From Tubulanus polymorphus (Eukaryota > Animalia > Nemertea): DNA of 64,000 nt. The position numbers and the translations under genes are program-made. This document shows, in pieces, positions 51,101 through 63,681 of the stretch. The stretch's first letter is position 1; each line of letters opens with the position of its first letter. The notes under the pieces are model-generated. The model made no database searches. It saw only the letters and a program-made list of their open reading frames with translations, and was not told the origin of the DNA. The stretch is taken from positions 12,246,451-12,310,450 of the forward strand of contig NC_134035.1 in NCBI RefSeq assembly GCF_964204645.1, in the 5' to 3' direction.

Positions 51101-54100
51101 GAGCTGTATCCAGAGTCTAATTGACCAGATCTCTGTGGAGCAGAATCCAAAGTGGAATTGAACTGTGCTGGATCCTGAGTCCAATTGACAAGTCCATTGT
51201 GGAGCTGGTTCATGTGTCTAATTGAACAGTCTTTTCGAATCCTGATGTCATGATTCTAAGATTGTATAATGATTGTTAATGTATTATTATAATAGATGTA
51301 TTAATGGAAGCACGTTACTGCATACTGCTGCGTATTTCGGAGATATCGAAACGATAAAACAATTGCTCAAACTCAGAATCGACGTGAACCTGTCCGATTA
51401 TAAGGGAGCCAGTCCGTTACATCGGGCTAAAGATATCGATACAATGCAGGTAAGGATCTGACGTACAAGTACCCGGATACCTTATGTACCGAGTTCATGA
51501 ATTGGCCAATTCATAAGTGATGCGGACACTTCCTTGAAATTTGAAATTTTCTCCTTTAGAACACTCCAGGAATGACCGATCTGTTGGGACCCTTATTGAG
51601 TTCATTGATTTGCATTCATGAATTGGCCGATTCTTTCTATGTACATAATGTTTGAAATTGCGTAGATAAAAATCAGTTAAATTCAGTGTACACACTTTAT
51701 GACAGGCCAGGGCCCCTGAAAACTGTTTTCCTCAGGTTATTTTTAGTTATTGTATGTGTAGATATTGTTGGAATACGGCGCTGATGTAGAACGAGAGGAC
51801 ATCGAAGGCAATACGGCGTTACACGTGAAGTGTTACGGAGAAAGTGATAAACCGTCTGCTACTGATCTGATTCATCTACTGCTGAACGTCGGTGCCAGTT
51901 TCACCGTTAGAAATTCCCGGGTAAGAATAATATCGCCCAAGAGAGAACACCCCTAGTCAGTAATCTAGGTTTAAAATGCCCTGAAAATATTGCCATGGCG
52001 TTCTTAAAATGGCACGGGAAATTTGAAGCGGAGGCGCGTGCTCCTTGTGCTCCCACCTGGATTCACCCCTGCACGATTTATAGCAATGTTTGTTTTATCG
52101 CAGGGATTAATGCCGATACACTGTGCTGCTATGCAAGGTCGAACTGATGTCATTCAACTTCTACAAGAGTTCGATATAAACAAAGAAATACTGAAGAGTT
52201 TAAACGAAGAAAATGCCAGAAATCCTCCTAGTTTAGTGATGTTAGCTGTTTCTAATGATTTCATCGATTGCGCTGAATGGTAACGAACTAGTTCCTACGA
52301 GTTCACATTTTCTTAGAATTTAGTAATTCTTGAAGAATTAGAAAAGAAATATCTTGTTACAGGTTGATCAACAGTAATGTGAATTTCAAAGAAAATGAAC
52401 AGGATGTTCTCCTTCAGAGAATCATCACTAAACAAGTTAAAGTGTAAGTCTATAAAACTAGGATTTAGTGGAAATTATCCTATTAATTAGATTAGAAAAT
52501 ATAGTATTCTATTCCCATCATTTCTATAGGAAGAAATCCACGGATGTTGTTCATTTTCTGTTAGAAAACGGAGCTGATCCAAATCCTCGCTATTCAAATG
52601 GTAATAGGTAAGTACTACTGTTTACATCCTTTATGAAACTTCAGTGTTAAAGTCCTCGTATTGAGTTCAAACAGTTTTAATTTCAATGTTCACATGCATC
52701 AAATTGTCCGTCAAACGGCCGTCCTTAAACTTCAGTTAGCCGCATGCGCTTGAATCTCTTTGTCATGATGAATTCAATCCAACGTTTTCAGGTTAACATA
52801 TACTGACTATATTCTATTCAGCTTTGCTTTTCTAAACACCATCAGTGATCTAACGAGAGAAGTCCCACAATAACGAAGCCAAGATTGAAAAATTCTATAT
52901 CAGAATGATTATATTTGAGGAGCGACGTTTCGGCTAACAACTGTTAGCCATCATCAGGCGTACTGTACTCATCAGTACGCCTGATGATGGCTAACAGGTG
53001 TTAGCCGAAACGTCGCTCTTCAAATATAATCATTCTGATATAAAATTTTCAATCTTGGCTTTGTTATTGTGGGATTTCTCTCGTTATCATCATACACGGA
53101 TTTTGTGTATCTTCTTGTCTTATCAGTGATTTGTTTAGTCAATTATAATCCAATTTTCCCCCCAGTTATATATCGGTCAAGATTTGTCCCCAAAAACGTT
53201 GTGATATAGACATAAGAAGAAACTGTTTGCTGGATATTCAATGTTTCAAATATGAATTGTGTAATTATTTTTCAGCGCGATTCATTTCGCTGCGGCTATG
53301 ACCGATAAACCCGATATTCTGGAAGTGTTACTGGAATTCGGAGCCGATCCCGATATGATAAACAATGAACAGAATACGCCGTTATTCTTCGCTACGCGCA
53401 GCAGTAATCATTTCGCGGCGAAAATTCTCATCAGTCATGGCGCTGATTTACGACATCGAAATTATCAAGGTATCTACGCAAAATGTCAATCATAAGTTCT
53501 GGAGTTTCTGAGTTCGAAGACAGGAGTTAAAAAATAAGTCCAGTTTTTAATGTTTTAACTCTAAATCTGTGGTCAGTTCTACAGTTATAGTCCCAGTTTC
53601 CAACGTTTAAACTCGAAGTCTGTGGTCAGTTCTACTGTTATAGTCCCATGGTTGATGAGTTCATTTTCATTTACTCTATTGTCAAAACTTAATTTACCAA
53701 AGGTACAAATGTAAAGCCAGATTCAAAATGAAACTGGATCATCTAATTTTTGAAAATCGGGGTTAGATTTCTAGTGAGAGGAACTGTAAGATTTGAGTTT
53801 TCTTAGCTCGGTCTCGGCTTGGACTTTGTTTTAGAGTCAGTGGTCTGGATCTAGTTCCACAATTCCACTGTAAAACTTTGACTCTTGGGTTGAAACATTT
53901 GAACTGATTTGAACTTGGGAGTCAAAATAAATCTGTGGATCTTTGTCCCGGGGACTAAGCCTGAATCTGCTGCATGGGTTTACTGATTTTTTCTTGTTGA
54001 TTTGTTTCAGGTCTGAACGCTTTTGATTGTATACCGGACTTCGAAGAATGGATCGAAAGTGGAGTTTTCACAACGGAAATCCGAGCACGATTGAAAGGTA

Positions 54101-54570
54101 TCAGTTGTGATCTTCTTCATTTTATCCTCCGAGAGACTTTTGGTTGAAAGTCGAATGATACCGATAAAGCCACAACAAAATCACAATCATAAAAAATCAT
54201 CGCTGTATTTTATACTATTTTCAAGGATGATTTTGTTGTAGTTGTGATTTCGTTGTAGCTTTATCTTCCAGAGCTCATCGTTTTCCTGAAAATGATATAT
54301 TAATCTATTTTTCATCGTTTTTTTTTAGCTTTTCAACTGAAACATTCTCGTGATTTGGTGCGTGCGATATCTGCAAAAGTACAACGACCCCATCAGCGTC
54401 AATTCGCTCCGATGCAGACGCGTTCCTCCGACTCGCTCCAACGGATCGTTCCGTTCGGTTTGAATCGATCGTCGTCGAGTTTATCGACTCTGTCAACGCG
54501 GACTCTTTCTCGAAGTTTCCATCCGCTAGGAGCACTCCCTCCTGTCAAGCATCCAGCACTCACTTACTGA
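45180..54570 (+). CDS. Calponin-homology domain and ankyrin-repeat protein (~1077 aa, 24 exons)
   Basis: Exons 45180-45352, 45993-46052, 46134-46308, 46650-46757, 46889-47029, 47206-47238, 47375-47469, 47560-47641, 48196-48421, 48892-48971, 49066-49170, 49580-49789, 49956-50198, 50364-50474, 50665-50764, 50886-51006, 51296-51449, 51762-51920, 52104-52279, 52363-52443, 52530-52607, 53276-53469, 54011-54097 and 54329-54570 are all GT-AG and sum to 3234 nt. N-terminal FTSWVNLRL CH signature; many ankyrin motifs (SALHLAARAGH, TLLHTAAYFG, GASPLHRA, GLMPIHCAAMQG, NTPLFFA). Confidence 0.9.
46402..46522. mobile_element. Small Harbinger-like MITE (CAGGGTCCAGTTGCAC...GTAGAACTGGATCCTG)
   Basis: Imperfect TIRs, intronic. 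Confidence 0.6.
47045..47175. repeat. 23-bp intronic minisatellite (ACATCTGTCATTGATTGTACTAC)
   Basis: Tandem periodicity. Confidence 0.85.
47999..48165. mobile_element. PIF/Harbinger-type MITE
   Basis: TIRs GGGATCATTCATTTATTACGTA / TACGTAATAGATGAATGACCCC, flanked by TAA/TGA. Confidence 0.75.
48454..48824. mobile_element. hAT-like MITE (CAGGGTCCC...GGGACCCTG)
   Basis: Short TIRs; a related 3' fragment lies at ~51530-51595. Confidence 0.6.
52850..53121. mobile_element. Penelope-like-element-derived palindrome with two hammerhead ribozyme cores
   Basis: Inverted arms 52851-52965 and 52973-53086; CTGATGA-T-GGCTAAC..GTTAGCC-GAAACGTC on both strands; 9-bp TSD ATCAGTGAT (52841-52849, 53122-53130). 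Confidence 0.85.
52981..53014 (+). ncRNA. Minimal type I hammerhead ribozyme core (PLE type); mirror copy at 52924-52957 on - strand
   Basis: CUGAUGA / 7-bp stem II / GAAAC-GUC; loopless palindromic stem III (ACGU); stem I only 2 bp. Confidence 0.7.
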
Positions 54571-54980
54571 AATCTAGAACATTCCATCCGCTAGGAGCAC
54601 TCCCTCCTGTCAAGCATCCAGCACTCACATACTGAAATCTAGAACATTCCATCCGCTAGGAGCACTCCCTCCTGTCAAGCATCCAGCACTCACTGAAATC
54701 TAGAACATTCCATCCGCTAGGAGCACTCCCTCCTATCAAGCATCCAGCACTCACTTACTGAATCACGATTGATAGAACACTATATCCGTGTTGACGCGAT
54801 GTAGAGAGAATCCCACAATGATAAGGAAAAAGTCTGAAAATGTAACTTTGCGCTAGTGTAGTTAATTCAACGTTTCGACTTTATCCTAATAGTCATCTTC
54901 AGGAATAATAACCAGCATCCAGCACTCACTTACTGAAATCTAGAGCATTCCATCCATTAGGAGCACTCCATCCTGTCAAG
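54518..54980 (+). repeat. ~65-bp tandem duplication of the ankyrin gene's last codons + stop, ~5 copies
   Basis: TTCCATCCGCTAGGAGCACTCCCTCCTGTCAAGCATCCAGCACTCACTTACTGAAATCTAGAACA repeated; interrupted at ~54763-54912. Confidence 0.9.
54865..54906 (-). ncRNA. PLE-type hammerhead ribozyme in a Penelope-like fragment (~54763-54912)
   Basis: Minus strand reads ATTC-CTGAAGA-T-GACT..AGTC-GAAAC-GTT-GAAT (4-bp stem I). The flank shares GAGAGAA(G)TCCCACAAT with the 52850 element. Confidence 0.7.
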
Positions 54981-56914
54981 TAACAGGACTTACTGAGACT
55001 TACTTCATTCTTAATCAGTCTAATTACTCCAAGCTTCATTCCACTCACTCTTCATGTTCTTCAACCCCGGTTTACCCAACTGTGGTTACATCAGACAATA
55101 AGGTTCTTAGTGAATTCACTCAACAACTCGACTGAGTTAGGTCTTTGGATGTAATCGATCAGTTCATATTTAAATAACTGAACTTAACTAGAGTAAACCT
55201 TACTTTACTCGGACAATGTGTGGGACTTTTTATTACAACAATCTAGGTGATTAGGTAGTTAGTTACCTAATCGTTGGTGGTAAGCTTTTTATAATCGGAT
55301 GGGCTAATGTGTTTTGTGAAAATATCCGATCGTGAAACTAAACCACAGTCAGGTTACTGACTAGGTGATTGGTAAAATAGGGCCAAGAAATACTTTGCAA
55401 AAATAATTTCATTTTTGGAGTTTAGAATAGGTTTACTGTATTTTCACTCGAAATTTATACTATAATATTTATACTATATCATTGTGCCTTTGTCTCCCTG
55501 CCCAGTAGTGGATCTTCAACACAGCAGTGGCTCGAGTAAAATTCTACAATCGATTATCCGTCCAATCGTGGTAAGGTCTCATTTACGACCAAGACATGTA
55601 TTTTGTAAATCTTTGTAAAATTTGAAAATATATATTTTATGAATTGTTTTTCACAAAATATGTCTTTGATTTCCATTTTGATCTCTATTGGTAATTTTTT
55701 TGGTGTGGTACATCAGCCTACAGTCTATTCCTATATTGCCAATCTATGGTGTGATTGGAAACGTTCCGAGACCTGGGAACTCGGTTACTACCAGGAGGAT
55801 TCCCAGCTCTGGCAAGATGACAACTCTTTCACTGGCATGCGAGTGTTATCATCAGCTGCGGCAAGCGGGTAAACATTACACTCACGTGCAAGCGTGCCCG
55901 GTAAAACAAATGCCGTAATCACGACGTTCCCTACAACTGAGCATTAAAAAATGTTCTTTTATTATTAAATTTATGGAAAATATATTGAATGCGCTATTTT
56001 TCGAAAGTTTAGCATCTGAGGAAGCGTTAATCCGAGCTGACAGGCGCTGTACGCGTGATACAACTCAACTCTGACCTCTCCAGACGATTCTATTACAAAT
56101 AAGGGGTGATGAATATTCCTTATGTTTGATTTCTTCTTTATTTTGAAATCCTTCTCGCAAATCAACGATTAAACCCCTTTGGTTTAAAGTAATTATCTTT
56201 TGCGATCCAAGATATATCTTAAAATTTTATTCTGCTATAAAATTTGAGAGTTTTAGGCCTTCTGCAGTATCCTATCTACCCTCTGATAATGATAGAGTAC
56301 GCTGGCAAGTGTGACCTAAATAAATCAGCTGAATCGAGCTGGATTCAATAAAAATAGAACTGAGTAAAATACAGAGAATAGCTGTTCATCAACCAGAAAG
56401 CTCGTGTACGTTACAGTATATTGAATTCAGGTAAGACGCGCTTGGTTGATCTTTATTTAACGCTAATTCGACTCAGAAAAGGCTAAAATTTAACGCTAAA
56501 TTAATGCAGAAAAAATCCTTTTTACAAAGTACAAATACGATAATTAGATACCGCATCATAATGATTAATGGCAATGTTGAATTAAGTGTTGTACCGGTAC
56601 GGAAGTACCGGAAAAATATTGCGAATTAACTAGGTAATAACAATTATTAAGTTTAAATGCCGATTGTTAAAAAACCGATGCGGGCATGGGCCTATCCATT
56701 ATTTTTTCTATTGTGTAAGAATGAAATCTTTTTTTCCTAATCAATGAGGCTGTGATAGCTTTTATAATTTCTTCAAAATGACCACTTATAGTTTTTCTAT
56801 AAATTGCGTTAATTAAGAATTAGGTTTTTCCCTAACGATCATGCTTTAATTAATTATATACCTATTTGGATTTTTTTTTGCAGATTCCAAGTGGAATAAA
56901 TAGTTTGTTTAAAA

Positions 56915-59900
56915 ATGACCAGTTCACCAGATAGATTATCCCTATCACCTCCAAGATCGCCATCGCGGTCACCATCGCGATCACCGATGCCTGTCAGGAG
57001 AGCTTTGAGTATTGCTGATCCTCTAGACGTTGTATTTGATGAAGATATCGCTTTACAGGTAGGCTGCCTACAAAACCCATATTAGGTAAAGATAGGATAA
57101 GAAAAAGAATCTTTCGTTTCATGGACATAGATTTGAACTTCTCCTCATCAGCAATTTGCAGTACTACCACCTTTAATATTATGAACTAACAGATCATGAT
57201 ACTGATGACATTGATCTGGTCTATGAGAAATCCATATCAAATCATCATATTTTATATACGTTTATGAAAGATAAATTGTCAATATTTGGATGAGATGGAA
57301 ATCCATATTAAACTGATTGAGTTGGGTTTGACTAACTAGTGTGAAATCTACCAGTAGGCATTATCTTACCCTGGACTGATTTATAACTGGTGAAATGATA
57401 ATAAAACTCTCACAGTTATGTTGTAACAATGCATGGTAGCATCTGTTGGTTAGTATTTATCATCACTAAGGATGGATATTTTTTGGTCGGTTGTGCAAGA
57501 GAGGGTACTGATATCAATATTGAACTATTAATAGATAAATCGATATATCTCACTGGGCTGACTGGTATGATGGATTGATCAATTGATTGATTGATTGATG
57601 CACTGAATTGAGGTTAAAACTACTAGTAGTAGTGACGTTTAGTACTTTTAGATGTTGAAACTTCTTTGTGTTGTGAGAGATCTCTGTATTCAAATAGATC
57701 TATTAGGGTTTCTAGGTTATACACAGGCAGGTTTTATGTGCCACCGATAAATCACTATTTGACCTTCACATTGCATCAAATTACATCCTAGAAACTGGTG
57801 TGCATGTGAACAGAGAGAGGGATACATGTACAGGGTCATTCAAACAGTATTTTTTCAATAGTCCAGGGTCCAGCTTTGATCATGAAAAAGTTATTGCTCA
57901 AACTATCGGTTATTTCACATTGCCAATGAGTAACGATTAAAAAACTCAAACCTTTTCATGAAAAAAGACCCGAGGCCAGGTTTTGGTACTACAACAATTT
58001 TAACTTCAGGTCCCCCTCCCCCGTTGAAGTAGAAAATCTGAAAACATTTGGAAAGAATGGGCATTAGTGATGTTCCTGTCATTGCTACATCAGATCTTTG
58101 TTAGATTCATTTAGTTGTTGAATCTAGTTAGATTTTCATGTGGTTAGATGCTTGAAGTATTATATTATGTCTCGTTGATAGAAATGCTATATGAGGAGAT
58201 GTAGAAGGAAGACTGTTGCTGATGCAGCCAGTGAAGGTATTCCAGTTCCTGATGTACCTGAAGGAGGTGTCAGAGTTAGAGTAAGTATCAATTGATATTC
58301 CTTATATTCTATTGAAACTTAGGGATTGTTTTGGGGGTCCGGACCTCTGCCTTCTTATCGCCAATGTTGTCTTAGTTGCCCAATTTGCCCAGCAGAGTTT
58401 GCCCAACCTATGAAAATGACATTCTGGATGGATTTCTTCAAAAATATCAAACACTGAGGGTAGAACCCTGCAGCCTATGGTATGGCTGCTGTATCCTGTT
58501 TATAGTTAAAGTATGAAAATGTAGGAAAATTATTTTGACTTCTGTTTGATGATAATACCTTCCTTCTGGCCTTATAGATATGTATGATTCTATTTAGACT
58601 TGAGTATTTAAAGATGATGATATATATTGTAGGTTTGTTACGCCGGTGCTTGTTACACTAATGAACACGCTGTTAAAACTCATTGGATGAGATTATCAGG
58701 AGTTAGAGATTCATCCCTGTTCCCAGGTAAAGATCAGTTCTCTTTTATAACATAGTATATAGTTAATAATATACAGGGTGGATTCAGGACTGGGGTTCTT
58801 CAAAGCCGGCCTTTGGTTCTTATGTCGTAATAAGACGCAGTAGAATCTGAAGAAGTATCTGGTGGTATACAGACTGTTATGTATTTGTGGGTTGATGTTT
58901 TATGACTGAGAGTTATTACACACACAGGTACAGACATAGTTTACGACTCTATCATAAACACACTGATGGTATGTGCACTGAGTTTGTACGTCAGACCCTC
59001 GACCTGAAGAGAATCCGACTCAGGGCTACTGTAATCCTTAAATTTTCTACTTAGGGCTATGTATGGTGTATATATATGACATAGATTTTTCTTGCCATTT
59101 CACATCCATAATTACGTATTTCATACCGGTATGTAAAGCATATATAGTTTAATGGACTGTGTTAGATTAATTATGTTTCATTTTCGTACACATCTGTAAA
59201 GACAATGAGATAGTAGGTTATATGGATCGAAAGGTTGATATTATGATCTAAATTACCAGGGATTGTAGTAGATAAACCTGTGAACTAAATTATGATAACG
59301 AAGGGTCAATGTTCCTCTCAATGTTTAGGTTCGCATTTGTTGTTATGGAGATCATCCATTCAATTCTAGCTGAATCGAAATAAAGAAAGATGATCTTGAC
59401 GACTGAAAACTGTTGAATTAGTAATTCTAAACACTGATTCACCCAGTGTTACTGTGTGATGTCACATACAGCCTGCTCTCACGGTGGTTGTTCACGTGAT
59501 TCACAGCTGATCGGTGAATGTATTCATTTTCCTCGCAGTAAAGTCTCTCTCTGCACTCGTTCGCTGCGTGTACAATTCATGATATTTCCTCACAATGCGT
59601 TATAGCTATAAATTACTCGCATTCGTTCCATAGATACAGTTGTGATGAAAGTGTCTCAAAGAGCAGAATAAGAGTAGTGAATTATTATCAACAAAAAATC
59701 TGAATTACAGGTAGGCCAGTACGTGGTATCTTTCTAATTAATTAAATGGACTAGGCTATCATTGTTTTCTCCGCAAATTTCCTCAATCGAAGGTCAATAA
59801 GTGTGTCATAATGTACTTATCTTTAGATAATTTGGGTTTGATATCTTTGAAATTTTCTGATCGCAGTTGAACAAAGTTCACTTATTCAGAATAATCTATT

Positions 59901-62900
59901 AAGGAAAGATCAACATTTCTATTAGAAACTATCACTTCAGTGTTGAAATCTACTAATTTAGGAAAAGTTTAAAATCTAATTCAGCCGGGTTTGATGGTAA
60001 ATGAATATATTTGTTGCATCATTTTGCTGTGCACAGCAACTAACAATATAGGCTATCAGTTCATAGGATTCTTTTTTATGGATGCTTGTAAAATTCATCA
60101 AATGTATACTTTTTCGTAGAAATGTTATTAAATTCATACTCTTTATAAATGTCTTCATTTATCTTGATTTTAACTAGATAAGAATACATTGTAGTAGTTT
60201 ATATGCAAAAGGGAAAAGGGATAATGCCAGTAGTCTAGTATTTAGAGTGGAAGCTCATTGCCTCCAAAAAAAGATGAATCCCAAAAACGTAGTTTGTATG
60301 TATCCTGTTTTACATTGGTTGCTCACATGACTGAACTTGTACGATTTATTTTTGATGTTTTTTGTGAGTGTCATCAAAGGGAAACACTTCTCTTGAGCTC
60401 AGAATTTCAAAATCAACATATTAAGGAACGTTCAAGGATTCAGAAATGCTTGGTTGACCTCGGTGCTCTGCAGATACCATGGAATTATATGGCATACATA
60501 GTTAGGCTAATGATAACCTAGTGATGCCCCTGCATAAACAGGGTATAATCATGTAACAACATCGATTGGAATATTTAGAATTATGCAGCTGTTTTCGTGA
60601 AGTTGTGTGACCTCGATATAATCGTGTACACAGTTCCTAGAAGTATGACCTGGTGATAGAGCAGTGTGTTAGTAAACACATTGCCCTGGATTCGATCAAT
60701 ATATCACATCTGTTCTCCGAATTACTCTATTATTTATTTGCGCATCAGAAAGAAAATAACATGGTTGTCATTGAAACATGTTAGAGGACACGTACGCATC
60801 AGATCTTAGATCGCAGCAAAAAAACAACTTGTTTCTTGTTTCTTCTTGACCTAGCCGCGGAATTTGTTTATACATCTCAAGAATATATCATGATTTGACA
60901 TTTCTTTTCATAGTTTGCCTACGTAATAGATTAAGGAATGTTCTCTGAGTTGTAATTGTTGCTGATTTGTATAATGGGTTTTAGTGAGCTATACTCTCAA
61001 AGTCCTGCTCATAAATTTTCTTACTCCACTTGTAAACAATATTATTTACGATTATGTTATTCAGTAAGATGACGTCAATCCGTAGCTAGGTCACATTTGG
61101 CTGTAGTAGATGCAGTATGATTCATCGTAAAAAAAACGAAATTGTTTCTAATAGTCATGTACGAGTCCAGATATTCTTCGCATGGTAAACTGGCAAAGTG
61201 AAATTGAACTGGCAAGAATTGCAAATTTAGTTAATGAAAATTATTAACAAATATTGTGGAACATGCTTTTGAATCTATCTACAGTCAAGCCGTGTTTTGC
61301 CTCTATGTTGTTGGGAACAGTTGCAAAGTTGCAGTCGTGAGTTAGTCCAAAAATTGCCTTAGACCATAAGACTGATCTCCAGTTGTAATATTGGCTATTG
61401 AACCAATGGTCAAAACTAATTCTCGTCTGTGCTGAAAACAGTTCATATAAAACATAATAAAGAACATGTTATAAATTGTGTCTTACAGGATTTGAAGTAT
61501 CTGGAATTGTTGACGAAATCTGTAAAACAGTCGCTGGACATACAAAGTTTGCAAAAGGAGATCGAATTATCGTCTTCCCAGGACCTCAAGTGATCGGAAA
61601 ACTAGAGTATGTGTCATTTTTATTGACGTGATTGTAAGACATTGTAATCAATAGATTACAGTGATCATATGAACTTTACATACATGTTATCTAAAGATAA
61701 AGACTAAACTATGAAAAAATGACGTTGATAGACAATTGTGACGACAAACTTTGTCTTGGGTTTGAATTGTCACTGATTTCAGGGTCTCGTGAAACAATCG
61801 TAAGAGATTTAATATCTTGAGTGGGCGAAAAAAGGTCGAACGATATTGGAAAAAAAATGAAAGGGCACTTTCTCTAAAACAAAAACAAAATTCTGTTGAC
61901 GATACTGGATAATGGTAATGTTCCCGTTAAAAATGACGAATCCGAACTGGAACACTTGGTTCCGTTGCAATTCTCCTCTCATGCCCTTTTGAAAATACGA
62001 TGGCAATTCTTTCCAGGGTTCTTTTTCCACCTACAACTAATAGAACAGCTCTTTGCAGCACAAGATTTCACTTAAATTGTCCCTCAAGAGCCTAGAAATT
62101 CTATGAAAATAGATGGGAATTTCTAGATTTTCAAGACCCCTGTTTTGGCTTGGCGGATGCTCTGCGTGGAGACTTACCCTTTTTAGCTGTTTGCCTTTTT
62201 CATTCATTGTGCTCCTATGAAAGTCTGCCCCTGGATCCACCCCTGCACTGCTTGTAGAGTAGGCATTATTACAGGTGTTTGACCGAGTAATAAACTATTG
62301 TTTGTATCGTTACAGATTTTCAGAGTACATAACAGTATCTGATCCGCAGTATTTGATACATTTACCGAGCGAGATGCCTCTAGAGGAAGCTGCGTTGTTG
62401 CCGACGGGAGCCTTAACGGCGTATAATGCGATACTTGAAGTCAGACGGATCAGCGAACGAATCATGTCTCAACGCGGTCGTGTTAACATCATGATCTCCG
62501 GCGCCGGCGGACTCGGATTACTCACGTTAAACTTCGCGAAATATTTCTTCGGGAAAATGTCGAACGTCATTCGAATCGTCGTCACGGATTCATCGGTAGG
62601 TGGCACCACAGTGATGTCTTTATTGATTTTAACATGTTCGCTGCAACCCTGTGTCACATTAATGAGATATCTCATAGAGCTATTACATAGTGAGCCATTG
62701 TTCAAAATTGACCAATGAGCATTGAGAATGAAAAAGTTTGTATGCATTGCCAACCAATCAGGAACTGTGTCATTTTGGACGTTAAGTGCAAATATCTAAC
62801 TGTGAATAAGAATGATCAGTGACAAGATAACTCAATGAACTTTGAAATATCTTATGTGGTAATGATGGCAGAATCGACACCGAATGGCAGCAAACATGTT

Positions 62901-63681
62901 AGTAAGTGTATGGCGTATTTATGGTTATGAATAATGTTGATGGTTCGTTTCTTGCAGATTGATAAATTAATGGACGCAGAAGAGATCGGATGTTATGATG
63001 CAATTCACTGGGAAGATCAATGTAAGTAAAACTAAGAGCCGCAGTTTCATCAGTTCTGCATCAATATTTCACTCAATGGTTTCGTAAACGGAAATGACGC
63101 AATGAGCCCAAAATGCTGTCTCCCGAGATCGCGTGCATCAAATTAGAAGACAACATCCTTAATCGTCATTATCTACGGCATAGTCCTCATTTCTATTATA
63201 TACAACTCCAATTGACTCAGTTGCTCATAGTAAAGTTAGGTTAATCAGTTGACTAGTATGGTAAAGGTCATGTTTTAATGACTGACTGAGCAACTACGCC
63301 TTGGCTGTATAGGGTGAACTGTGGATTCCGTAAAAACTCGACAAATGGTCGTAACTAATAATAGAACACACTATAGTTTGATCTTAACACTTTTCACTGT
63401 GTCAACCATCAGTTCTGTACTACAGCGACCATGCTCATTCTGGTCGTTCACCATTTTCTGACTAGTTCGGATAAACTGACGTTTGGTTTCACTTAGTTCG
63501 CAAATAGTCGACTGAAATTTCCGACGTGAAACGAAATCTTACGATGTTTAATTTATTTGTAGTGTACGAACCACAGTTAATCGATCGTGTTTTCGATGTG
63601 TTCAATGACGGTGTTGATATCGCTATCGATTACGCCGGATCGTTTCGTACGTTGACGAGAATACTCAAATGTCTCAATCAG
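56915..63681 (+). CDS. Medium-chain dehydrogenase/reductase (alcohol dehydrogenase-like) protein, 3' part beyond window
   Basis: Exons 56915-57058, 58182-58280, 58633-58726, 61489-61606, 62316-62595, 62958-63021 and 63563-63681 are in frame; a non-coding exon donor lies at 56431. Motifs PVPDVPEGGVRVRVCYAGAC, PGFEVSG, KGDRI, FSEY, EEAALLPTGALTAY and Rossmann GAGGLG. Confidence 0.9.

Noticed and set aside
55815-55860. CTGATGA...GAAA on minus strand as a hammerhead
   Set aside because: No proper stem II adjacent to the core and no valid stems I/III.
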